A DNA stretch of 53,990 nt from Patescibacteria group bacterium (GCA_024654575.1 JANLHG010000020.1:1-53990); one strand, 5' to 3'. Counted from the first letter of the stretch, positions 9,852 through 19,910 are shown. Numbers and translations: made by a program. The notes: a model not told the origin generated them from the sequence alone.

Positions 9852-11024
9852 ATGCCTAATATCACCCCTGAAATAGAAACATTTGCAAGAATAAAAGTCC
9901 TAGGAATTGGAGGTTCTGGAAAGAATGCTACTAATCATATGATAACTTCAAAAGTGAAAGGTGTTGATTTTGTTGCTATAAACACTGATGCTCAAGATTT
10001 ACATTACTCTCTTGCGAAAAAGAAAATTCATATTGGGAAAAATTTGACTCGTGGTCTAGGTACTGGAATGAATCCAGATTTAGGCAAAAGAGCGGTTGAG
10101 GAAACCAAAGAAGAAATTCAGGATGCTATAAAAGGTGCGGATATGATATTTATCGCTTGTGGTTTCGGTGGAGGTACCGGCTCTGGTGTCTCACCAATTG
10201 TTGCACGTACCGCTAAAGAACTCGGTGCACTAACAGTTGCTGTTGTTACCAAACCTTTTTTCTTTGAAGGTACTCAAAGAATGAAAATAGCTGAAACTGC
10301 CCTTGAAGAAATGAGGAAGGAAGTAGATGCTATTATTGTTATTCCAAACGATCGTCTCCTAACTATTATTGATAAAAATACAACGGCTAAGAATGCTTTT
10401 TCGTTATGTGACGAGATTCTAAAACAAGCAGTTGAAGGTATTTCTGACCTTATTACTACTCCCGGTATAATAAACATCGACTTTGCCGATATTCGTGCAG
10501 TTATGGAAAATGCAGGTTCCGCTCTTATGGGTATAGGTTCTGCGATTGGGGAAAATAGAGCTATAGAAGCGGCAAAATTAGCTATTAATTCCCCACTTCT
10601 TGATCTTTCTATAAATGGTGCGAAAGGTGTTTTGTTCTCAATTGCTGGCGGTGAAGATTTAACTATGTTTGAAATTCAGGATGCCGCAAAAGTTATTACA
10701 GAATCAATTGATCCAAACGCAAAAGTTATTTTTGGTACAGTTCGTGATGATAAATTAAAGAAAAATGAAGTTAGGGTAACTGTCATAGCTTCAGGATTTC
10801 CAGATAATGGAGAAAAGAAATCACTTTTCCAAGAAGATACTAATGAATCAGGTAGAATTTTTAATAGTATTCCAACTGGTCCAGTTGTTCAGGTAAAAGA
10901 AAAGACTAGCGATGTCTCTAATCAAGCGGTAGAAAAAAAGATAGAAACAAAAGACAAAGATGAAGATGAAGATTCTGATTGGGGTGCAGTTCCAGCATTT
11001 TTAAGAAGGTCTAAATTGAAATAA
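9852..11024 (+). CDS. ftsZ: Cell division protein FtsZ
   Basis: GGGTGSG tubulin motif, NIDFAD, C-terminal VPAFLRR. Confidence 0.99.
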   Translation: MPNITPEIETFARIKVLGIGGSGKNATNHMITSKVKGVDFVAINTDAQDLHYSLAKKKIHIGKNLTRGLGTGMNPDLGKRAVEETKEEIQDAIKGADMIFIACGFGGGTGSGVSPIVARTAKELGALTVAVVTKPFFFEGTQRMKIAETALEEMRKEVDAIIVIPNDRLLTIIDKNTTAKNAFSLCDEILKQAVEGISDLITTPGIINIDFADIRAVMENAGSALMGIGSAIGENRAIEAAKLAINSPLLDLSINGAKGVLFSIAGGEDLTMFEIQDAAKVITESIDPNAKVIFGTVRDDKLKKNEVRVTVIASGFPDNGEKKSLFQEDTNESGRIFNSIPTGPVVQVKEKTSDVSNQAVEKKIETKDKDEDEDSDWGAVPAFLRRSKLK

Positions 11025-11027
11025 TAT

Positions 11028-11951
11028 ATGATTTACGACTTAGCAATTATTGGTGGCGGTCCGGCAGGAGTATCTGCTGGTGTTTATGCTGCTAGAAAAC
11101 GATTGAAGACTGTTTTTATCACTAAAGATTTTTTGGGACAAAGTTCAGTTTCTGATGGTATTGAAAATTGGATAGGAACAATAAAAATATCTGGAACGGA
11201 ATTGTCTAAAAATTTAGAGAATCATTTGAAAGCGTACGCGAGTGATGTTGTGGAAATTAAGGAAGGAGAAAATTGTGAGAATGTTTCAAAAATATCTGAA
11301 GGTTTTTTAATAAAAACAAAAACACAAGAGTTTCAAGTAAAAACAGTTCTTATTACCGCTGGAAGCAGAAGAAGAAAACTAGAAATACCAGGTGCGAAAG
11401 AGTTTGATAATAAAGGACTGACCTACTGTGCTACTTGTGACGGTCCACTTTTTGCGGATAAAGATGTCGTTGTTATTGGTGGTGGTAATGCTGCTTTTGA
11501 AACTGCTGGACAATTATTGGCTTACTGTAAAAGTGTCACTTTATTAAATAGAAGTGAAATATTTAAAGCAGATGAAGTAACAGTTAAAAAAATTCTTTCT
11601 AATCCAAAAATGAAAGCTGTTATCAATGTAACTCCGGTAGAAATAAAAGGAGATAAATTTGTTAACGCTATTGTTTATCAAGATGCCAAAACAAATGAAA
11701 AAATTGAATTAAAAACAGACGGGATTTTTGTGGAGATAGGACTTTTGCCTAACACCGATTTTATAAAAGATGTAGTTAATCTTAATCAGTACAATCAAAT
11801 TATCGTTGACCCTAGAAATCAGCGCGCCTCTACGTCTGGTATTTGGTCTGCTGGAGATTGTACAGATGGACTTTACCATCAAAACAATATCGCTTCTGGC
11901 GATGCCGTCCGCGCCCTTGAAGACATTTATACTTATTTGCATTTGCAGTAA
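11028..11951 (+). CDS. trxB: Thioredoxin reductase / AhpF-like FAD oxidoreductase
   Basis: GGGPAG, CATCDG, VIGGGN, AGD motifs. Confidence 0.88.
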   Translation: MIYDLAIIGGGPAGVSAGVYAARKRLKTVFITKDFLGQSSVSDGIENWIGTIKISGTELSKNLENHLKAYASDVVEIKEGENCENVSKISEGFLIKTKTQEFQVKTVLITAGSRRRKLEIPGAKEFDNKGLTYCATCDGPLFADKDVVVIGGGNAAFETAGQLLAYCKSVTLLNRSEIFKADEVTVKKILSNPKMKAVINVTPVEIKGDKFVNAIVYQDAKTNEKIELKTDGIFVEIGLLPNTDFIKDVVNLNQYNQIIVDPRNQRASTSGIWSAGDCTDGLYHQNNIASGDAVRALEDIYTYLHLQ

Positions 11952-11958
11952 TTATTTT

Positions 11959-12342
11959 ATGCAAAAAGATTTTGATAAGTGGAACAAAAGAAAAAAGGAA
12001 ATTAATGAAGAACAGCCAAATTTCTACCATGCGAGAGATATTCGTTGGTGTTCTCTTGGTGTTAATATAGGATTTGAACAGGATGGAACAAGTGAAGCAT
12101 ATCGTAGACCTGTTTTGATTATTAAAGGATTTAGCCGTCATGTTTGTTTAGTTGTACCACTTACGACATCCATAAAGAGAAATCCATATCATATTAATGT
12201 GGGCGTGGTTGAAGGTAAGAAAGCGTTTGTTATTTTATCTCAAATAAGATTAATTGATACGAAACGATTACATGATCGACTTGCTATTTTAAATAAAGAA
12301 AAGTTTGAAGAAATAAGAAAAGCCATCAGAGTTTTAATCTAA
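11959..12342 (+). CDS. PemK/MazF-family endoribonuclease toxin (orphan, 127 aa)
   Basis: MQKDFDKWN...WCSLGVNIGFEQDG...RPVLII...VVPLTT...LSQIRLIDTKRL. The real start is the ATG at 11959, not 11806. Confidence 0.9.
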   Translation: MQKDFDKWNKRKKEINEEQPNFYHARDIRWCSLGVNIGFEQDGTSEAYRRPVLIIKGFSRHVCLVVPLTTSIKRNPYHINVGVVEGKKAFVILSQIRLIDTKRLHDRLAILNKEKFEEIRKAIRVLI

Positions 12343-12399
12343 TGGCTATTTCTTTGTTCTCTCCGATTTTCATCGGAGGACGGCCCGAAGGCATTTGTA
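12310..12399 (-). ncRNA. Candidate small structured RNA convergent on pemK (copy 1)
   Basis: Minus strand reads UACAAAU, GCC-UUCG-GGC, CUCCGAU-GAAA-AUCGGAG, AGAA, then hairpin AGCCAUUAGA/UCUGAUGGCU and a U-tract. The same layout occurs at 44395-44479. Confidence 0.65.
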
Positions 12400-12404
12400 A
12401 TTAA

Positions 12405-12433
12405 AGATTAGCATAGATAATTAAATCTTGCAA
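12405..12433 (-). promoter_or_regulatory. Sigma70-type promoter for candidate RNA copy 1
   Basis: TTGCAA-17 nt-TAATCT with an extended -10 TG. Confidence 0.6.
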
Positions 12434-12668
12434 CTTTGAGGATCTAAAAGATTTTGCTGATGAAGTAGTTGTCACTACTTTTCCCTCAGAATCTGATAAC
12501 CGTCACGGCAGAAGGTCTCCTTTTGTTAGGGTATTTTTCGAAAATCAACAAGAAATGGAAAACTGCAAACAGATTCTTTCTCGGGTTCCAAACCTGTATA
12601 AGGTTTGCTTCGACGTTGAGTTTGTGCAGGTGAAAGCTTTTTGCAGTTTTCCACCAAAGACGGTATGA
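12417..12668 (+). pseudogene. Start-less ORF remnant and/or structured RNA
   Basis: Open frame EDLKDFADEVVVTTFP...VEFVQVKAFCSFPPKTV* with no start codon near its 5' end (first ATG at 12555); also contains nested long stems. Confidence 0.4.
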
Positions 12669-12688
12669 TTCGACAAAATTTATTTTCC

Positions 12689-12725
12689 CCGCGAATGTTG
12701 GAAACATTCGCGGTTTTTTCTTTTT
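12689..12725 (+). terminator. Intrinsic terminator
   Basis: CCGCGAATGTT-GGA-AACATTCGCGG followed by TTTTTTCTTTTT. Confidence 0.8.
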
Positions 12726-12731
12726 ATAGAA

Positions 12732-13709
12732 TTACTTCCAATGTGTTTTGATATATTCCTCTGCTTCACTCATGGAAAAAGGTTGAGTTGAATTCCCTAC
12801 TCTGACGAAAAATTCCTCCTTTTTATCACTATTACGCAAGTAAGCTGGTTTATGACTTTCTCTGATTGAAATAACACAAACCTCAAAATTTTTCACTTTT
12901 TCAAATTTTACATCCACATATTTTGTGAATGGTAAACCTATCATTGTTTTTACTAGTGTATTGAGATGGTTTTCAAATCCATCCCTATTTTTCTTTGGTA
13001 ATGTTTTATAATCATCTTCCAGTCCCACAACTTCTCCTTCATCATTTACACCTATTATTAAAATTCCACCATTGGTATTAAGAAAAGAAACAATTGTTTT
13101 TAAAATAGTGTGTTCTATTTCCTTACTCACTTCTTTTTTACGGATATCAAAACGCATTGTTTGTTTAAATTCCATAAAACTGCTTTCGCCATCTTTAATT
13201 AAAGATAAAATATTTTTATTTGTTGATGAACGTGTTAATGAATTATGTGCTAATTGTTTTATGATATGTACATATTCGTCAACATTATTAGCGTTTTTTA
13301 TTTTTGTAACTCTATTATTTCCATGGACTATAGTGATAGTTGCGTGATTCATTAATTTACTTAAAAGCGATTGATAGATTTCAACTGATACCACATTAGT
13401 CAAACTTACTGCTTTTTTATGGCGGAAAAATAAACCGAATTTTTTAACAATTTCTTTTTCAGTTATTTCGTAATGAGAAAAATACCAATTAAGAAAAAGT
13501 AGTGATACGTATATTAATTGAAAAAGAGAGAATCCTAGTATTAAAAAAATCTGATAGCGTATAATTTTTGTTAGTCCCCAACTTTGGTAAAGCATCTCAT
13601 AATTGGCCAAAAATGATATGGAATACAGAAAAATTGCTGCCAATGTTTCCATAATAAGAACATCTCTTAGGAAAACCAATGGTCCTTCTTTGATAATTAT
13701 CCGTCTCAT
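12732..13709 (-). CDS. Membrane protein: 2 TM + bacterial PH-like domain + Schlafen/AlbA_2 domain
   Basis: Two TMs, then YEITEKEIVKKFGLFF...VSVEIYQSLLSKLMNHATITI (bPH_2-like), then GESSFMEFK...IVSFLNTNGGILIIGVNDEG...FVRVGNST (AlbA_2). Confidence 0.82.
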   Translation of the reverse strand: MRRIIIKEGPLVFLRDVLIMETLAAIFLYSISFLANYEMLYQSWGLTKIIRYQIFLILGFSLFQLIYVSLLFLNWYFSHYEITEKEIVKKFGLFFRHKKAVSLTNVVSVEIYQSLLSKLMNHATITIVHGNNRVTKIKNANNVDEYVHIIKQLAHNSLTRSSTNKNILSLIKDGESSFMEFKQTMRFDIRKKEVSKEIEHTILKTIVSFLNTNGGILIIGVNDEGEVVGLEDDYKTLPKKNRDGFENHLNTLVKTMIGLPFTKYVDVKFEKVKNFEVCVISIRESHKPAYLRNSDKKEEFFVRVGNSTQPFSMSEAEEYIKTHWK

Positions 13710-13735
13710 ATTAACTACATATTAGCATAAAATAG

Positions 13736-13825
13736 TGGCGGAAAGGGGGAGATTTGAACTCCCGAGACCCTTACGAGTCCGCTGGTTTTCGAAACCAGTG
13801 CATTAGACCACTCTGCCACCTTTCC
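13736..13825 (-). tRNA. tRNA-Ser(CGA), CCA encoded
   Basis: GGAAAGG acceptor, anticodon arm CTGGT-TTCGAAA-ACCAG, long variable arm, TTCAAAT T-loop. Confidence 0.96.
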
Positions 13826-13869
13826 CTATAGCTATTATATGCTATATTATATCTGTTATTTAACCAAAT

Positions 13870-13941
13870 GGCCCTATCGTCTAATGGTTAGGACAGCAGG
13901 TTTTCAATCTGTTAACCGGGGTTCGACTCCCCGTAGGGTCA
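13870..13941 (+). tRNA. tRNA-Glu(TTC)
   Basis: GGCCCTA/TAGGGTC acceptor, GCAGG-TTTTCAA-TCTGT, TTCGACT T-loop. Confidence 0.95.
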
Positions 13942-13986
13942 CAAAATTGGACTTTTTTAGGTTTTTTTGTTTTAATTACACCTCAT

Positions 13987-15735
13987 ATGGAAATACGAAA
14001 TATTGCTATCATAGCTCACGTTGACCACGGCAAGACCACTCTTACTGATGGGATTATGCGTCAAACTGGTTCAGTAATGGAAGGTAGTATGGATTCTAAT
14101 GCTTTGGAGCTTGAACGAGGTATTACTATCTACGCTAAAAATACCTCTATAAACTACAAAGGAACTAAAATTAATATTGTTGATACTCCCGGACATGCTG
14201 ATTTTGGTTCAGAAGTTGAAAGAGTGCTTCGTTCAATTGATGATGTTCTTCTTATCGTTGATGCTCAAGAAGGCCCTATGCCTCAAACTCGTTTTGTGTT
14301 GAAGAAATCTTTAGAATTAGGGTTAAAACCGATTGTTGTGATAAATAAGATAGATAAGCCAGCCGCTAGACCAGAACAAGCTCACGAGGAGGTTTTAGAG
14401 CTTTTTATGGAGCTTGGAGCGAATAATGAACAATTAGATTTTACGACTGTTTATGCGATTGGACGAGATGGTATTGCAAAAATGAAACTTACTGACGAAA
14501 GTAAAGACTTGACTCCACTTCTAGATACTATTCTTGAAAAAGTACCACCAGCAAAAGCAGATGTTAATGCTAAACTGCGAATGCAAACATTTAACTTAGG
14601 GTATGATAATTTTCTTGGTCGTCTGGCTGTCGGTAGAATTTATGATGGTACCATAAAAACCGGAATGAATGTTTTTGTTAAAAAATCAGATGGAGAAACG
14701 AGACAGGGAAAAATTACAAAAATATTTACATTTGAAGGTATTGCTAGAAAAGAAGTATCGGAAGCTCAAGCTGGAGATATTATAATGATTGCTGGACTTC
14801 CAGATATTTATATCGGTGAGACAATTTGTGATGACCAAAATACAGAACCAATGCCGTCAATTAAAATAGATGAGCCAACAATTGCCCTTAATTTTTTGGT
14901 TAATGATTCCCCATTTGCTGGACGAGAAGGAAAATATGTCACAGGACGTCAAATTAGAGAACGACTAGAAAAAGAGTTGGAAATAAACGTTGGATTGAAG
15001 GTAGATTTTACTGGTGAATTTTTTAAAGTTTATGGTAGAGGTGAGCTTCATATTGCAATTCTTCTTGAAAATATGCGTCGTGAAGGATATGAATTACAAA
15101 TTTCTCAACCACAAGTAATTATTAAAGAGGAAAATGGAGTAAAAATGGAACCATATGAAGAAGTTATAATTGATGTTCGTCCAGAAGTCTCAAGTATAGT
15201 TATTAAAACTCTTACAGAACGAAGAGGTATTTTAATGAACATGAAAGAAGAAAATGGGATAAGCCGAATGACTTTTGAATGTCCAACTCGCGCTCTTTTG
15301 GGTTATCGTGGTCAATTTACTATTGATACTAGAGGTGAAGGTATTATGTCATCACGATTTGTTGGTTTTAGAGAATATGCAGGAGAAATAAAAAGACAAG
15401 ACCTTGGTTCAATGGTCTCAATGGAAACAGGAAAAACTGCTGCCTTTGCTTTGGATAATTTGCAGACTAGAGGAGTGCTTTATGTTGGAGCAGCTGTTGA
15501 AGTTTATGAAGGAATGATTATTGGTAATGTTAGTAAAGGAAACGACCTGACAGTCAATCCAATTAAAGGAAAACAACTTACAAATATGCGACAGAAAGCG
15601 TCTGATGGACTGACAACTTTGACACCAGCTTGGGAAATTACAATTGAAAGAGGAATGGAAGTGATGGCGGAAGATGATTATTTGGAAATTACTCCAAAAA
15701 ATACACGGTTGAGGAAGAAAGTGTTGAGGAAGTGA
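13987..15735 (+). CDS. typA: Translational GTPase TypA/BipA
   Basis: [44 protein letters not shown]. Confidence 0.97.
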   Translation: MEIRNIAIIAHVDHGKTTLTDGIMRQTGSVMEGSMDSNALELERGITIYAKNTSINYKGTKINIVDTPGHADFGSEVERVLRSIDDVLLIVDAQEGPMPQTRFVLKKSLELGLKPIVVINKIDKPAARPEQAHEEVLELFMELGANNEQLDFTTVYAIGRDGIAKMKLTDESKDLTPLLDTILEKVPPAKADVNAKLRMQTFNLGYDNFLGRLAVGRIYDGTIKTGMNVFVKKSDGETRQGKITKIFTFEGIARKEVSEAQAGDIIMIAGLPDIYIGETICDDQNTEPMPSIKIDEPTIALNFLVNDSPFAGREGKYVTGRQIRERLEKELEINVGLKVDFTGEFFKVYGRGELHIAILLENMRREGYELQISQPQVIIKEENGVKMEPYEEVIIDVRPEVSSIVIKTLTERRGILMNMKEENGISRMTFECPTRALLGYRGQFTIDTRGEGIMSSRFVGFREYAGEIKRQDLGSMVSMETGKTAAFALDNLQTRGVLYVGAAVEVYEGMIIGNVSKGNDLTVNPIKGKQLTNMRQKASDGLTTLTPAWEITIERGMEVMAEDDYLEITPKNTRLRKKVLRK

Positions 15736-15739
15736 GGTG

Positions 15740-17386
15740 TTATTTAATAGTTGCCTTTAAAAACTCCGTAAAAAGTGGATGAGGAGAAAGTGGACGAGCT
15801 AGAAATTCGGGATGAAATTGGACACCTAGGAAAAATGGATGAATAGATTTTGGCAATTCCGCAATTTCCATTAGCTTTCCATCTGGAGATGTTCCAGAAA
15901 ATATCAGTCCCGCTTTTTCTATTTCTTCTATGTATTTTGGATTTACTTCATATCTATGACGATGTCGTTCAATAATTTTTTCTTTTCCTCCATATGCTTT
16001 GTGAGCAATTGTATCTTTCTTTAAATTAGCTTCATAACTTCCTAATCGCATTGAATTACCATAATTATTTTCTTCAAGTTTTTTCTTTTGGTCTAACATA
16101 ATATCAATCACTAAATGAGAAGATTTCGGATTAATTTCAGTAGTGTTTGCATCTTTCCAGTTTAAAACATTTCTAGCATACTCAATAATCATCAGTTGCA
16201 TACCATAACAAAGTCCGAAATAAGGAATTTTATTTTCTCTAGCGAATCTAATAGTTTCAACCAGTCCTTCAATCCCCGCTTCTCCAAATCCTCCCGGTAC
16301 TAAAATACCATCATATTTTTTAAGAGTATTTATTTTAAGATTACCTTTTTCAAAATCTTTTGAGTTTATACAGTGTATTTTGGGTTTTTTACCGAGTGAA
16401 TAAGCTGAATATTTTATAGCTTCAAGTACTGAAATATAAACATCAGAAAGAACAAAATCTCCAGAATCAAAATATTTTCCAACTACTGCGATATTAACTT
16501 CTTCGTTTAGATTTTTTGATTTAGCAATAAACTTTTTCCAGTCAGAAAGATTGGTAACTTGATTTTTAGTGGAAATATTTAATACTTTGCAAAGTTTTAT
16601 ACCTAAATTATCTTTTTCAAAATTAACAGGTACATCATAGATGCTATCCACATCTGGTGCAGAAATAACATTTTCGTGGTCGATATTACAAAATAAGGCA
16701 ATTTTATCTTTTCTTTTATTATCAATTAACAACTCGCTACGAGCTACGATAATGTCAGCTTGTATGCCCGCACCGTTGAGAGTTCTAGCTGCGTATTGTG
16801 TTGGTTTAGTCTTCATTTCTCCTATTTTTGAGGGCATCGGTAGATAACTAACCATCACAAAAGCCACATCTTTCGGATATTTTGTTTTTAACATTCTGGC
16901 GGCTTCCAGAAAAATAATATTTTGATATTCGCCGATAGTACCGCCAATTTCAATAATCGTGATATCTGAATTTGCTATATCACTAGCTTTTTCAATTCTT
17001 TTATTAACCTCAATTGGAATGTCTGGTACTACCTCAACATTTTTACCTTTATATTCTAAATTTCTTTCTTTTTTTATCACTTCAAGATAGACTCGGCCGG
17101 TTGTCATATAGTTTGTGTGAGTAAGGTCAATGTCCAAAAATCTTTCATAATTACCCATATCCTGATCTGTTTCATCTCCGTCGCTAAGAACAAACACTTC
17201 CCCGTGTTCTGTGGGGTTCATAGTACCAGCGTCAACATTGATATACGGGTCAATTTTAAGTGCTGTGACATTAAAACCACGTGCTTTGAGTATTGTACCA
17301 ATAGATGATGAAGTAATCCCCTTACCCACTCCAGACATCACTCCACCAACTACGAAAATATATTTATGTTTTTTCTTTTTTACCAT
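15740..17386 (-). CDS. pyrG: CTP synthase
   Basis: GGVMSGVGKG, DPYINVDAGTM, PGGFG, GLCYGMQ, QFHPE. Confidence 0.98.
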   Translation of the reverse strand: MVKKKKHKYIFVVGGVMSGVGKGITSSSIGTILKARGFNVTALKIDPYINVDAGTMNPTEHGEVFVLSDGDETDQDMGNYERFLDIDLTHTNYMTTGRVYLEVIKKERNLEYKGKNVEVVPDIPIEVNKRIEKASDIANSDITIIEIGGTIGEYQNIIFLEAARMLKTKYPKDVAFVMVSYLPMPSKIGEMKTKPTQYAARTLNGAGIQADIIVARSELLIDNKRKDKIALFCNIDHENVISAPDVDSIYDVPVNFEKDNLGIKLCKVLNISTKNQVTNLSDWKKFIAKSKNLNEEVNIAVVGKYFDSGDFVLSDVYISVLEAIKYSAYSLGKKPKIHCINSKDFEKGNLKINTLKKYDGILVPGGFGEAGIEGLVETIRFARENKIPYFGLCYGMQLMIIEYARNVLNWKDANTTEINPKSSHLVIDIMLDQKKKLEENNYGNSMRLGSYEANLKKDTIAHKAYGGKEKIIERHRHRYEVNPKYIEEIEKAGLIFSGTSPDGKLMEIAELPKSIHPFFLGVQFHPEFLARPLSPHPLFTEFLKATIK

Positions 17387-17393
17387 TTTATAA

Positions 17394-18452
17394 TTATCCG
17401 ATTAAAGCTATGGTAACACCAACAACTGCGCATACTAGAGAGATAATCCAATAACGCATAGTTATTTTATATGTTGGCCAACCTCTTGCTTCAAGATGAT
17501 GATGAAATGGCGCGACTAAAAACACTTTTTTCCCGTTTCTAAATTTTTTTGAAAGTACTTGAATTACTGCTGATAATGAAGTAAATAAAAGTGGAAATGC
17601 AATAATTGGAAGGACAATAACGCCATGTCCTTCACCTAATGTATCTGTCATAAAAGCAACAATGGCTAAAGTGATAGTTAAAGCCATAGTTCCAGTCTCA
17701 GACATATAATAACGAGCTGGTGGAATATTGAACCATAAAAACGCTAGTATTCCTCCGACAACCACTGCACAAAAAGCTGCTAGATTTATTTGTTGTAAAT
17801 AAAATGCGATACCTGCGTAAGCACTAAACATGATAGCGAACACTCCACCAGCTAAACCATCAACACCATCTATAATTCCTCCAGAATAAAGAGCTAAAGT
17901 TACTAACATAAAAAAAGGAATAAATAACCATCCTAAATATAATTCTCCGAAAAATGGTGTTCCTATACCCGTGACGTCAAGTTTAAAATAAAACCACAAT
18001 GCAGATAAAAATGAAATAATAGTGACAACTAGAAGTCGTTTTTTTAAAGAAAGTCCGCCGATACCTCTCACTTCCAATAAATCATCAATAAAACCGACTA
18101 TACCTCCAAACATTAAAGATAAAAGAGGAATCCATGTTTGATTTCTACTAAGTATGTCTAATTTTTGAGCTAAAGCGGTTGGAAATAAATGACCAATAAA
18201 CCATAGAAGTGCTACAGTAATAAGTGTTGAAAGCCAAATAATCAAACCACCCATTCTTGGCGTACTAATTTCTTTTTCTTTATGTAATTCGTTAAATACT
18301 AAAGTAGCATTACCTTGCATATCAATTTTACCAGCCTTTTTTTTCCACAATCTATATTTATACAGGTAATGAGATATTATAGATGACAAAATTATACCGA
18401 TAATGAAGGCTAGGGTGCTTGGTATAAATACTTTCACAACATCTATAATCAT
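17394..18452 (-). CDS. mraY: Phospho-N-acetylmuramoyl-pentapeptide transferase
   Basis: TPRMGG, GFIDD, DGVDGLA, APFHHHLE; multi-TM. Confidence 0.94.
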   Translation of the reverse strand: MIIDVVKVFIPSTLAFIIGIILSSIISHYLYKYRLWKKKAGKIDMQGNATLVFNELHKEKEISTPRMGGLIIWLSTLITVALLWFIGHLFPTALAQKLDILSRNQTWIPLLSLMFGGIVGFIDDLLEVRGIGGLSLKKRLLVVTIISFLSALWFYFKLDVTGIGTPFFGELYLGWLFIPFFMLVTLALYSGGIIDGVDGLAGGVFAIMFSAYAGIAFYLQQINLAAFCAVVVGGILAFLWFNIPPARYYMSETGTMALTITLAIVAFMTDTLGEGHGVIVLPIIAFPLLFTSLSAVIQVLSKKFRNGKKVFLVAPFHHHLEARGWPTYKITMRYWIISLVCAVVGVTIALIG

Positions 18453-18457
18453 AATAT

Positions 18458-19390
18458 TTAGTCAGTGTAATATTTTTCTGTAGCTTTTACAAGGGTTAAC
18501 ATATCTGTAAAACGTCCTTCATTTGTAGAACCCATCACAACAATAATGACAGGATGATTTTCTTTTGGAATAAATTTTATGATTAAATTTCCCCCAGCCA
18601 ATTCACTAAGTCCAGTTTTTGAAGCTATAACATTTGGAATTTCACTGATTATTTTATTAGTGTTTGAACCGTAATGAGTTATGTTATTTAAAGAAATAAA
18701 TGATTGGTTTTTTTCTTTTGTGACACTAAATAAATATGGATATTTTGACACGGCATAATCAAACATTTTTGCTACGTTTTCAGCCGTTCCATATCCACCA
18801 GAAACTCCCCCGCTTATATCAAGTCCTGAACCATTCATAAAATAAGTGTTTGATAATCCTATTTTTTTAGCATTTTCATTCATCATTCCCAGAAAACCTT
18901 CTTTCATGTGAGCAAGTTCGTACGCTCCGTCGTTTGACGATACTAGTAATGTAAATCGTATAAGATCATCTAGTTTCCATTTTTCCTCTATATGCAAACC
19001 ATTGTCTCCTTCTGTTCGTAAAGCATCTTTACTAATGCTGATCTCAGTATTTTCTGGATTCAATTCTTTTGCAGTGATAATGGTCATTATTTTAGTTAAT
19101 GAAGCCATAGGTAATTGTTTTTTGGAATTCATCTCAAAAAGAACATCATTTTCCGTAATGTCTAAAATATAAGCGCTTTTTGCTTTAATTTTGATATCTT
19201 TGAAGGGATTATTTTTTAAGACAACAGGGGTAGGTTTAGAGAGCGAGACATTAGCTACTATTTCAATTGGTTTTATTTGGTTATAATCAGCTTTTGTTCC
19301 TTTGAAAAACAAAATTGCTAGTAGACAAAGTCCAACGACTGCTATCGTTGTTTTAATCATATTTAGATTTTCTTTTTTATTGGGCTCCAT
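18458..19390 (-). CDS. D-Ala-D-Ala carboxypeptidase (peptidase S11)
   Basis: ASLTK (SxxK), SSN (SxN), KTG; N-terminal signal or TM segment. Confidence 0.92.
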   Translation of the reverse strand: MEPNKKENLNMIKTTIAVVGLCLLAILFFKGTKADYNQIKPIEIVANVSLSKPTPVVLKNNPFKDIKIKAKSAYILDITENDVLFEMNSKKQLPMASLTKIMTIITAKELNPENTEISISKDALRTEGDNGLHIEEKWKLDDLIRFTLLVSSNDGAYELAHMKEGFLGMMNENAKKIGLSNTYFMNGSGLDISGGVSGGYGTAENVAKMFDYAVSKYPYLFSVTKEKNQSFISLNNITHYGSNTNKIISEIPNVIASKTGLSELAGGNLIIKFIPKENHPVIIVVMGSTNEGRFTDMLTLVKATEKYYTD

Positions 19391-19910
19391 TTTTAAAATT
19401 TTCTATTTCTTCACGGATTTTTTGATAATTTGGAGCGTCTTTCGTTTTTGAAATTCCGAGATATTGCAGAAGTTCAAAAGTGGGACGATACATAAAACTT
19501 CTGGCATCTTTTGGATTAATAATTTTTTCAACTAATCCCCTAATGAGTAGATTTCGTAATATCAGATTTGAATTGACTCCGCGGATGTAATCAATTTCAC
19601 CTCTAGTTATTGGACCTTGATAAAGAACAATTGAAAGTGTTTCAAGTCCTGCTTTTCCTAATTCACGATTAAGTTCTTCTTTGGTTAATTCTTCAATAAA
19701 AGATGACATTTCTGGATTTGCACCAAGTATTATTTCGTCATCTTTATGAATTAATACTAATCCCCTATCTTTTAATTTTTCTTCAAGATTAATTATAGCA
19801 TCCTCAATTTCCTTAGATTCTTTTTTAAAAATCATCGCCAGTTTTTTAATAGAAAGAGATTCACCTTTCCAAAAAAGCATTGCTTCAACTTGTGCATCAA
19901 GAGTTATCAT
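19377..19910 (-). CDS. scpB: SMC-Scp complex subunit ScpB
   Basis: LETLSIVLYQGPITRGEIDYIRGVNS. Confidence 0.95.
   Translation of the reverse strand: MITLDAQVEAMLFWKGESLSIKKLAMIFKKESKEIEDAIINLEEKLKDRGLVLIHKDDEIILGANPEMSSFIEELTKEELNRELGKAGLETLSIVLYQGPITRGEIDYIRGVNSNLILRNLLIRGLVEKIINPKDARSFMYRPTFELLQYLGISKTKDAPNYQKIREEIENFKNGAQ

Noticed and set aside
11806-11958. N-terminal extension of the PemK ORF as a possible fused antitoxin
   Set aside because: It overlaps the trxB-like gene in another frame, and the paralogue at 44098 begins at MQKDF.
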